From the NCBI RefSeq assembly GCF_964355755.1, contig NC_092675.1, forward strand, positions 29,298,912 to 29,362,911: a stretch of DNA of 64,000 nucleotides. The letters run 5' to 3'. Under the pieces are notes generated by a model. That model had not been told where the DNA came from. It saw only the letters and a program-made list of their open reading frames with translations, and ran no database searches. The translations under genes and the position numbers were made by a program. Every line of letters begins with the position of its first letter. Position 1 is the first letter of the stretch. Source of the DNA: Antedon mediterranea. Its lineage: Eukaryota; Animalia; Echinodermata. Below are positions 51,001 through 62,225 of the stretch, one piece after another.

Positions 51001-53651
51001 ATTTTATTTTTCAGCTGTATTTTTTTTTTTTTTTTAATTTATTCGGTATATAAAAAATACCCACAACAATCCCAGAGGGCAAACCTGTGATTTCAATACA
51101 CAACAATGACGATTAAATAATAAGATGATTATAGAAATTTAAAAAGTTTATAAAAATATACTGAGTTATTATAATTATTATCATTATTCGTTAAGATTAA
51201 CGATTATTTATTTATATTCAAATTTGAGTAAGCCATCTTTTGCTATTCTACATCTTTTGAGTACATGCAAAATTCAGAAAGATATTAAAAATTAAATTAA
51301 ATCAATCTGAGTTTATAAAAATACAATGTTTATAATTATTATTATTTATAGTAGAATACCATACCTGCATCCGCAAGATTACCAACACAAATGACAATCT
51401 TGCCACAGAGGACAATATCCATAGAATATTCCTTGAGTAATTGCACTAATGTATCCACTAAACCTTCATTTATTGCTTTGCTCTGAAGAACTTCTGTAAA
51501 TAAAACCATGAATACCAAAGCATTATATCTTGTGTTATTTCAAACAGCAAGCATGCATTTTCACAGTGTCTTCAAAAAATATCTAGGGGTCAACCAAAAA
51601 GTAGGTATGACAATTATTTTGTAAATAACTTTGAAGTTCTGGTCATTTTCTTGTGAGTACCAAATCTGTTTTCACTTTCAGCCACATCACATTTAGTTGG
51701 TTATGAGACTAGGGCAAGGGACAAACTTTGACTTCTAATAAACGTTCCATCTTTCAACATTGTGAAAATGTAGTAATTACAGTAACTGACAATAATAACA
51801 TCCTTAAGCTCTGTTTACACTATAAAAATTTATGTGACAGAAAAATGTTATGTGCCCATATATGGACATGATGATGTCATATCACTGCCATATTTAGGCA
51901 TATCACTAACATATTTAGGCATATCACTAACATATTTGGGCACATCACACTTTTTTTGTCAAACTAGTTTGATAGTGTAGACAGAGCTTTAGTACTACAG
52001 TATTCCATAACATTCTAGTGTAGTTGCATAATTCTTACCATTGCCAAATGTAAGATTTGTAAGATAAGCACATGCAACAGCTCGGAATCTCTCATTGGCT
52101 GGATCATTATCACCTGATAAACATCTCGTTTTGAGGATGTTAACCAGACTTTGGACTCCTCCAGATTCATTGATGGCTTCTCTTGCTGGGTCTGATGATC
52201 ATTTAGAAACAAAAAATGTATTATTTATTTATATCTCAAAAGCTGAAGAACTTCAGCAAATTACAGACTAAGTTTACTAATAGCGGTTGTTGCTGTACAG
52301 CTAGTAAGCTACTCCTAGCAACCACTAACATCTAGTCATTGCCAGATGAAGATTTGTTGACAACAAGTCACACACACACTTATCTATACTAATTTCACGT
52401 AAGGAATTGTATACAGATGAAAGTAACAGTAGTAGCCATTGCATTGGGAAACAGATGTAGTGACCATAACCACAGAAAGATTGCCAGAAGCAACAACCAA
52501 TAACATTAACAAACTGTAAATTGGCAGCAGGGGCAGAAAGCAGCTTCAGTAGTTCCAGAAACTACAGCAGAGCAGAATAGCAATAACTTCAAACAGCACA
52601 TAAACAGAAGCAACAATACACATATCCACATGAGCTAGCCTACTGCAATACTAGCAGCTTCAGGTGTAGAGGAGCTACAGCAAGGCACACTGGCAACAGA
52701 CAAGATATAGCCCTTACCATAATCACAACACAGATTGCCGAGAGCTCTGCATGTTTGGTGGAGCACATCTACGTCATTTTCTTTGAGGTAGTTATTAAGA
52801 GGAGGCACAAAACCTTGCTTTACGCACGGTCCTCGAAGATTCTCTATAACAACAAAAATACAGTACATACAAAAATAAATGAAAGGTATTTTTGATATTT
52901 TCATGGATCCATTTATATAAAACCATCCATTTTAATGAGAATTATTTACTGTATAATATTGTTTATTATAATGTCATCATTTGATACATAAAAAGACACG
53001 TAATTGACAAGATAACATACAGCAAATGTGAGTGAAAAGGAGGTCGAGTCTAACATATCCAAGTGTAAATAGGGAATTTAAATTAAATAAATATGAGATT
53101 AAATTGAATTTTACTTAGCTTAGACCATGGCTGTATAAACATAATATTGTAAAACCAAAGACATATTAAATACCAATGAATTGTATAAATATCATGAAAT
53201 ACAAAATCATGAATAAATATGTAAAACTTAATGGTCAGTGGGGTCATAATGGTCAGTGGGATAAATTACCATTTTCGCTAAAAATCTGATATACTGACCA
53301 TTTTTTGCAAGCTCAGCTACTAAGTTAGCAAGCTTCACCTGTAACCTTCTTTCTTGTTGTTTCTCTAAAAGGTCGTGAACTTTGTCTAGAATACCTAGCT
53401 CGTCAAGCTTGCTACTGTAGACTTCAACTGAAACAGAAATAGCAAATATATTGGATGAAAATATTGCTTTCAACATTGTATTATATATTATTATTTATAA
53501 TACTTATTAATATTATTACACTGGAACCCATCCTTTCGGACACTCCTATTCAGAGGACATGTTCTTATTGCACAAATGAGGAGCAAATATATGTCTTAGC
53601 ACTACAATCACCTATTAAGGAGTCAAACGTTTTGGCCCCTCAATAGAGATT

Positions 53652-53709
<58 letters not shown>

Positions 53710-56700
53710 CGAATAAAATCCCTGAAAAGGGAATAATTAATAGAAATTGTACTGAATTATATTAGGCCTCAAAGGTGTCCTCTTAATAGAGATTCTATAT
53801 ATATATATACTTGCACTGATGAAGGGCTAGTGTTGCCCGAAAGCTCTGCTAACTTTTCTGGCCGTTTTACTTATCGTTTTGATTTAGCTTTTTGCTTTTT
53901 TTTTTATGTATTGAGATCCAGCCACTGATACCCACAGCATTGTCATTTTTTCAGTAATTTGCCTTTGAATTTATATATATATATATGTTCGAATAAAATC
54001 CATGAAAAGGGAATTGAATTAATAGAAATTGTACTGTAATATTAGGCCCCAAAGGTGTACTCTTAATAGAGATGCTACTGTATCATACTGTATCATACTG
54101 TATCATACTGTATTGGGTCCAAAAGGCATATAATAGACATTCTACTGTATTTTATTAAGGTATAATGAATATACTATAAAATATGCTACACATTAATTTA
54201 CAAATATGGACAATATATTGATTTGCAAATTATTCATTAAAACGAAATTTAAAAACAAAATTAAACTAAGAAGTATATCATTTCTTTATAGCTTCCTAAA
54301 TCAGTAATTATAAATAATTATGCTCAATATTAGCAGATATATCGGCAATAATAACCAATACTAGGATTATAATTCCGCATGAACATCGCCGGTCGTTTAC
54401 CACCAAATAAAATTGACATTTAACATGCTAAAACCTGTTAATGCTCAACCTTGTAGCGCTTTGAATTACATCACCACCTTTTCTAAAACTCATTATCAAA
54501 ATGCATGTAAAGGTAAATTTGTTACGGTGTTATTGCTGGCAATCAGCTTTAGTTTTACGTCATACAACGAATGTAATAAATGGAATTATGTAGTAGCTTA
54601 CTAACAACATGTTAAATTTACCGTGTTGGATAGATTTTATTTCAAAACTGCTAGAAGGTTTAAATTACAGTTTATTTAACAAGGCTAAAATAAAACGTAT
54701 TAAACAAAACGATTCCTATTTCTTTATCATAAATAATATACAAATAATTAATGTTTATGAGTGCAATGGTACAAATAATTTCATAAGGTAAAAATAAAAT
54801 ATTTCATCACAGTCATGTTTTGTTTTATCACACACCTATTTTTATTTATATAATTTGCTGCTAAAAGAAGTGGCTAGGCCGTGGCTAGGCCTTACCCATG
54901 CTAAAAGGCAGTACAGGCAGAACTATTATAGACGGCCACATTTCAAACTTGATCAGTGAGATCAGTCAACATCCTAGCCTTGTGTCATGCATGGTTGCTT
55001 ATTGTAATAAGAATGAACGTACAACTCGCATATAACAAAATTGCACTCTTGATGACGTAAAGGTTCATTGGAGTAATTTATTAAATATCATGTGAGTCGA
55101 CCCACAATCGTCCAGTACATGACAGAGTAAGGATTTGAACTTAGACCCAAGAAATAGTAAGCAAGCATGTTAAACAACAAGCTACAGTGCAGTGCCACTT
55201 ATGGTGGATCTCCACAATCTTCTCAGCTAACATGATATATACTGTATTGTTTGAAGGTTTGCATGGTGAAATCACTGTAGTTTGCGGTACACCACGTATA
55301 TATAGTTCTGAAAAGATCTCTTGGAAACTGGGAATATAAGAAGGGAAATTGTGTGGGACTGGTGTGAAAGCAACAATAATAGCATAGCATTCTCACTCTT
55401 GAGGATGATCAAAGTATATAGATCGAAACATCAAGAAACTCAATAGTTCTTTTCAGAACTATATATATATGTGGTGTACCGCAAATTTTATACCAACATA
55501 ACATGATATAAACACATTTCTGAAAAGTGTTATGATATTAATAGGCTACTCACTGTCTTCGTCTAGAACCTTCAATAAGGCAGTGATGGCATCAAAGTGA
55601 TTATCCTCGGATTCTCCTATTGACAGCTTTGCTAAGGCTTCAGCAAGATCTGGTGATATCAAGACATTTTATTACACTTAATAAATTGACAAAAAAACAC
55701 AATCAATGGTGTTCAGAGATGCAAGAGGGTGGGAACGATCACACACAAATTGTTGGAATTTAAAAAGTTTCATTTGGTTGTACAGTAGTACAATGGACAA
55801 AATAACACAAGGACTTGCATCAGTGGTGAGATCAAACAATATCAAACATGCTTGACTATGCTAAATGTGTAGCTAAGAAGTTTTTGTTTATTTTGTAACA
55901 TTACGGGCGGTCCGTGGTCGGTTGGCAACGTTTGATTTCAGACTGTTGAATATCATTGTGTTTATTCATTTGACCATTGTTGTACAGAATAATATAGCAA
56001 CATAATTTTGATTACAGTATATTTATTTCATCCAAATTAAATTACATATTAATCACAAACATATAATTAAATAAATTTATTATTATAGAGATTACATTTT
56101 AATTTGAAAATGAATCTGATATTTCATTTCAGAACACTGATTAATATAAATAAAGTTGCTATACACTCAGACGTCTGCCTTCAGTCATTTTGCTAATGAG
56201 TTTGATTCTTTAGAAACATCAATAGAACGATAAAAAAATACTATTGATGATGGCAACCTAGCCTTTGGACCTTGTTTTAAAACTACATTTATGATTTGCA
56301 AACGGAAAGAGAATAGCTTTCTCTTTACTACAGGTGCAAACATACAAAATGTAACCTCTCTAAATTAAGCAAACCGATATTAAAGGTTTCCACTTTGACC
56401 AGTGTAATAAGCATTTTGATGCGTTTAATATCAAGCTCTGTCTACACTAAACTAGTTTGACAAAAAAAGTGTGATGTGCCCAAATATGGTAGTTATATGA
56501 CATCACATGTCCATATATGGGCACATCACATTTTTTTTATTCACGCACAGTGTAGACAGAGCTTTAAACAGCACAATCACGGTTGGAGACAACATGCTAA
56601 ATAAGTAAATAAATCATAGAAAAATGATTTTTAGTTGTTAATTGTTCAGATTTTGCCCTACCCTGGCGTAGTTGTACTAACTGTACTTTTGGCTTGAATC

Positions 56701-59700
56701 TAACCCTAGCCACCAGCACAAGTCCTATGTTCTAGAGGTATGAACAGCAGGCTTGTGATCTGGTTGTGGGTGTTTGAGTCCCATACAAGATTTACTTTTT
56801 TGTTATATGTACTTATAAAATACATCAAATTGGGGAAAACTAACAAATTAAAGACAACTATTAATTGATTTATCATTTACAAATTACAATGAGGTAGATA
56901 AATTATAAACATAAATAATGAAATAGATTATTAGCGCTCAGAGACTGAGCAAAAAAAAAAAGCGAAATACTGATACTGGAAATTATATTTCGAAAAAAAT
57001 ACATATTTTCTTTTTTTTATTTGTAAAATTATAAGGATAACTTGCAAAATAGTGGATGCCCAAAAATTAGGAAAACATTTTTTTGCCAATGAATGAAATA
57101 TGAACATAACACATGTGAAATAATACACAAAATTGAATAAAATAAAATACTGTAATAACTGTGTATAATTGAAAACAACAAAGGACAGCATATAATTAGT
57201 TAAAATAGCATCATATGATTGTACACGCCATGCTAACAATTAATCTGCTTGCTTCCAAGCACACCATCATCAACAACATTGTAAGACCTTGAAATCAATA
57301 CATTTGAATAATTATTTGAAAATATCAATCAAGTGAGGATAATTTGAAGATGTAGTGTCATTGGCTACAAAAATATCATCAGCAAAAACTTTCAATTCTC
57401 TCAATATTTTGTGAAGATGTACAGTATGTAAACTGTATATAGAGTAATACTGTATTAATGGTGAAACGGTATTTGACCAATTATAGAATTTGTTAAATTT
57501 AATACAGTGTTCGATTTAAGACAGTTAGTTCACTGGACAATGACCAGTGAAATCTGTGATGATGGACATGTAAAAACGTCTCAGTAACAGGTGAATTTTA
57601 GCAAGTTAATTTTTGTATCGTTAAACTGGTCAGTAGAATTGAATTTCGGACAGTACAATTTTTTGATTTAGCTTTTTGCTTATTTTAGTTCATTGAGATC
57701 TAGCCACTGATACCCACAGAATTGTCATTTTTTCCGTACTGTATATTTGACCTTTTTTGATTTAAAGCACTTGAAATTATATAAAAATGATGAAAAATAT
57801 AGATAATCAAAATAGAATAATATAAATAGGGTTAACCTTCAAAAAATAAATAAATACTCAAATTTTTTTAATGTTTTCTCGGCAAGCAAAAATCCTGCAA
57901 CAACATATATGAATACAATAAAAAGATAACATTAACATATAACTATAAAACCATTAGTTAATATGATAATTACATGCAATATTATTATCATATGATGGCG
58001 ATATTATTACAACTAAATGTATGCTTCATGCACATCGATACGATTGAGACTTAACGAGACTAAACACCGTTTCCCATTGCTACAGATAATCACATTAGAT
58101 GAAATGGTTCAAGAACCGACATTTTGGGATGTGATAATGTACAGGTAACACTAATGTAACTGTACTTGGCTAAAATTGGAGTTAAACCAAGCTAGAGTAC
58201 ACTCTCACTGAATTTGGGCTCAAGTGTTTAATTTGACATATCCGCTTTGACCGATATTTATTTTTTTTAATTTCTTCCAATACCTTGTTACGGCTATTTA
58301 ATTGAAAATAAGTTAGCTAGAAAAAAATACAAAAGCCACAGACAAACAATTAAACAATTAGATTAATGAATAAGAAAATATTGTATAGTATGCATCAAAC
58401 AATGAGACTTATATCATAATCGATGTCATTAATATTATAAATAAAATCTCATGAATATGCACAATGTATAATAAATACTGTAGGCAACATCTAATAAAAT
58501 ATACACAGAAAGTGAGCAGGTTTGGTTAGATCATTGCACAACGCCTACTGTACTTGTAAGCCTACTGTTATAATAGTACTCTGTGTCATCTATTTTAGGC
58601 CCTACCAATGGCATTATGTGTAAAATATACACAGAAAGTGAGCAGGTTTGGTTAGATCATTGTACAACGCCCACTGTACTTGTAGGCCTACTGTTATAGT
58701 ACTCTGTGTCATCTATTTTAGGCCCTACCAATGGCATTATGTGTAAAATATACACAGAAAGTGAGCAGGTTTGGTTAGATCATTGTACAACGCCTACTGT
58801 ACTTGTAAGCCTACTGTTATAATAGTACTCTGTGTCATCTATTTTAGGCCCTACCAATGGCATTATGTGTAAAATATACACAGAAAGTGAGCAGGTTTGG
58901 TTAGATCATTGTACAACGCCTACTGTACTTGTAAGCCTACTGTTATAATAGTACTCTGTGTCATCTATTTTAGGCCCTACCAATGGCATTATGTGTAAAT
59001 GCACAGGGTACATACTTACCTGGCTATCTAACCACACCCTTCCAGAAATCAGGGTATATTTTTGTGCACTCTGTAGTATAGCAAAATACTACTGTACAGT
59101 ATAGAACTACCTAAAGGTCTGTCTACACTATCAGTATCAAACTAGTTTGAAAAGTGTGAAAAAGTGTGCCCAAATGTTGTGGTGAAATGCCCAAATGTTG
59201 TGGTGAAATGCCCAAATGTGATATGACAGATGATAGAAACAAATGAAATACAGAACTTAATTTTCTACTCCAAAATCAGATTGATTAGCTGTTCCCTGCA
59301 AAGTTTGAATATCAAAATTTAGTTTTCACATACAGTACTTTACAAAATTCAGACTAAAATAAGGTTCATTTCGCGAGGAACATCATTGCACAAAGCATGA
59401 TGGGAAGGATGTGGGAGCAAATGTCATGATGCGTACGTACAAACAACAAATCATGTACGTACACGTTCCTCCCAAACCCTTCTCACCATGCATTGCACAC
59501 ACTATTTGCGATAAACTTTATACTTGCTTTAATTGATATTTGTGCAAGTAAAATGAGTCGGTCATTGCTACACAGTGTTTTTATAGCAACTTTATATACA
59601 GTACATATCTTGCAATGTGTTTGGTTACAATATCGCAAAATGTTATGCACAACAGCTGCTAATAAATAGTATCTTTGAATCAAAATTTCTATAAAATTCA

Positions 59701-59720
59701 GAAAGGTATTACTTACCCAT
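45088..59720 (-). CDS. RAP1GDS1: Rap1 GTPase-GDP dissociation stimulator 1 (SmgGDS), armadillo-repeat chaperone/GEF
   Basis: ATG-G at 59720-59717, then exons 55649-55554, 53427-53299, 52843-52718, 52191-52039, 51493-51365, 50841-50716, 49282-49121, 48577-48443, 48096-47959, 47401-47276, 47154-47052, 46399-46236, 46001-45873, 45206-45088 (TGA). Motifs LVAELAKNE, QTCRALGNLC, DPANE, LGNFARND, QHAVLSALRNL, PVQFKLLGT, HAGVSGEANRLLAALV and EHTLMQNEALIAL match my recollection of SmgGDS. Confidence 0.93.
49835..50090. repeat. Tandem duplication, ~139-bp period x2
   Basis: ATTCAATCATATTAATATAGTATAATCAAGGATTGA...TTTTGAGGTAGAA at ~49835 and ~49974. Confidence 0.85.
51807..51988. mobile_element. Harbinger/Tourist-like MITE family, representative full-length copy (~19 copies in window)
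   Basis: TIR AGCTCTGTCTACACTATCAAACT, TTA/TAA flanks, internal 20-bp unit GATATGCCCAAATATGGTAGT. Other copies or fragments start near 6252, 8445, 8977, 9686, 10893, 12701, 23275, 26161, 27030 (split, ends ~28697), 29202, 29430, 38883, 39877, 42349, 46466, 48268, 56433 and 59112. Confidence 0.85.
53652..53706. repeat. (TA)n microsatellite
   Basis: About 25 TA units. Confidence 0.95.
53809..53971 (+). mobile_element. Penelope-like/retrozyme-type fragment with a minimal hammerhead ribozyme motif, embedded in (TA)n
   Basis: GCA-CTGATGA-A-GGGC-loop-GCCC-GAAA-GC-TC-TGC at 53813-53849. The downstream part recurs at ~57665-57731. Confidence 0.6.
55281..55485 (+). mobile_element. Repeat with ~36-bp inverted ends and a degenerate hammerhead-like core
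   Basis: TTTGCGGTACACCACGTATATATAGTTCTGAAAAGA ... TCTTTTCAGAACTATAT(AT)nGTGGTGTACCGCAAA, with internal TTGAGGA-T-GATC..GATC-GAAACATC. A degenerate relative lies at ~24405-24610. Confidence 0.5.
58495..58999. repeat. Tandem repeat, ~126-bp unit x4
   Basis: TAAAATATACACAGAAAGTGAGCAGG at ~58495, 58621, 58744 and 58870. Confidence 0.95.
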
Positions 59721-60474
59721 AATGCACTAGTCAGTCAACAGACTTCTATTTCGGTTTGATGCCCTCTAAAATACAAAGTAAATTTTGTTTTGTTCAATTT
59801 TCAATTAATTACTACCTGCTGTATATTTTGAGTAACTGACTTGAGCAACAAAACATCTAAGAACATATTCAATCAATTACTACATCGTAAATTACATTAT
59901 ATAAGAGGTTTGTGGGTTCATTAAAATTTCATTATAGTACATTTAGCCAAAATGTCAACTGTAATGTTTATTAAATACTGTCAATGTTGTTTTATTAATG
60001 TATTTTTTTCTAACTCATTGCTTGATATTTTGCTAGCAGCGACTTTTATTTCATGATATGGAACATGTTTGTTTCTAATATTAAACCATTTTTCTCTAAT
60101 AAATAGCATGAAATGTACAATCAATGCAATAGTCATCTATCCATGTATGATATGAAAGTTTGAATAATGAATAATATTATTTATAATAATTCTACATTTT
60201 AAAGATTTTTTTAAAAACTTTTTTGTTGAATATGTCATTTTACACATAATAATTATTCACTTCGACAAAACATTTTAAAGCAAAAAATTGTATTTTTTCT
60301 TTACATACAGTAGTGATTATCTTTATTAGAACTACAAATTGGCCTACAGTATTCAAATTCTGATTTTCATATTTTTTGGGGACAATACATCTTTAATGTT
60401 TGAAAACTTGTGAATTTTAACAAATTTGTTTTTGTTGAATTTAGTGTAGAGAGATGACAATGGGGCACTTAAAT

Positions 60475-60703
60475 TGTGAACAAATGGTGACGCATTGTCT
60501 TTGTGCCAACGATCGGGCCTTATGAACAAATGGTGACGCATTGTCTTTGTGTCAACGATCGGGCCTTGTGAACAAATGGTGACGCATTGTCTTTGTGCCA
60601 ACGATCGGGCCTTGTGAACAAATGGTGACGCATTGTCTTTGTGCCAACGATCGGGCCTTGTGAACAAATGGTGACACATTGTCTTTGTGCCAACGATCGG
60701 GCC
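60475..60703. repeat. Minisatellite, 46-bp unit x5
   Basis: TGTGAACAAATGGTGACGCATTGTCTTTGTGCCAACGATCGGGCCT repeats. The ACGATCGG core recurs at 61345-61510, suggesting subterminal repeats of a decayed TIR element. Confidence 0.9.
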
Positions 60704-61741
60704 CAGCAAATAAGATGGTCGCGTTTTATTTTGGTTGCATTGAAACCAACTTTCTGAATTTTGTATGGAACGCCTTTAACTAATGCTTTAATAAATGTAA
60801 AAATATTGTTTTATGAAATTAAATAAATGTTAAGATTGTTGAAATTTAATTACTTTTAATTATTTGAACATACCTGTATGTCAACAGTGTGGTTTTAAAT
60901 TTATTAGCAACAAATGACATAGAGAAAAATTAATTTTAAATAATAAATGTATTTAGCTAATGCTTTGACTTAATTAAAGTTTCTATAATTAATGTTTATT
61001 TTTATAAGAAATAGTTTTAAGTGATGGGTAGATAATTTCAGTATAGTAGGAAATGAGGTGAACAGAGCTAGCTTCCTTTAATAGCGCCGATCCCGAAGAT
61101 TCCTATTTAAATAAACACTTTAGTGTACATCATATGTGTCAATGTTGACGTCTTTTTAATTTATTAAAAAGGATGATAAAAACGGCAAAAATGTATCTAG
61201 CGCATTAAAATTAGCCCGATAGAAATAAAATGTGTACCATCTGCTGTAGTAATGGCGCTCTATACAAAATATATACTGAACTGAATGCTGATTTTATTGG
61301 GACCAAAATTAAAAACGCGATCAATTTTATGTCTCTCACCATATCGAGACGATCGACCCCTGCGCCAAGATGCGAGCGAGCCCAACAAATAGGACGATCA
61401 TGACCAATAATATGATGCCGAACACGAGACGATCGGGGCAACACCGATACAGTATGAATGAGACAATCGGGCCAACACAAGAGACGATCGGGTATTTTCT
61501 GGGCCCGATATTCTGTCAACCCCTTCTACTAACCAAACTTGTCTAGACGTAGGCCAAGGTATGGCCTATCCTCTCTCTAGGCCTCTCTCTCAGTAGGCTT
61601 CTCTAGGGCCTAGGCCTACCTAGCTGCTGAGTGAGGCTAGGTCTACCGCCTAGCCTACCTTCCTTGCTTTTCTAGAGATTTTTCCGTATCTTATTAAGCA
61701 AAATAAGAAACAAATAGTTAGTTTAAACTTATATTAATTAC

Positions 61742-61975
61742 CACCAATCCTAATGTCAACTCCAAAAGCATATGCTGTAGAGTAGGCTTAAAAGGAGCCG
61801 GTTTGCTGTGTTGTTTTGATCTTCGCACCACCACCGTCAGTGTGCGCACCTGCAGAGGTCCTCCTCCTCCCTGCAAAAATGGTTTTAACGCCCTTCTCCG
61901 TGTTTCTAGCCTGTCGGCAAAACTGGAAACGAGTCAACAACTGTTTCAACGCGTTATATTATGACGCGTCACAAT
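61742..61975 (-). promoter_or_regulatory. Putative RAP1GDS1 promoter and non-coding first exon
   Basis: GC/CpG-richer island upstream of the ATG exon (59766-59717), candidate donor near 61741, palindrome TGACGCGTCA at 61962, and an AGGCCT/CTAGG cluster just downstream. Confidence 0.45.
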
Positions 61976-62225
61976 TTGTTTGTTTCGCAGCATGCACGAA
62001 ACTTTATTCGTCTTCATATACGGTAATATAATAATAATTTATTGATTTATATAAAGCAATATCCTATTAGACTTAAAACTAAGACAATTACTGGCAATAT
62101 GTGCACATGGGTGTCCTGTTGTCGCTGCTGTAAATGTCGGCCAACTTAGTTTAATCTTAAATAATACAAATTTTAATTACTATTATATTTAAATATTTAT
62201 TATAAAGTTATAAACCTTTTCATTA

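Noticed and set aside
59032-59044. ATACTTACCTGGC resembling the U1 snRNA 5' end
   Set aside because: Downstream sequence does not continue as U1 (no stem-loops or Sm site). It is just the reverse complement of a consensus donor.
60353-60709. 118-aa repetitive ORF on the minus strand
   Set aside because: Translation of a 46-bp minisatellite (unit not a multiple of 3) inside an intron.
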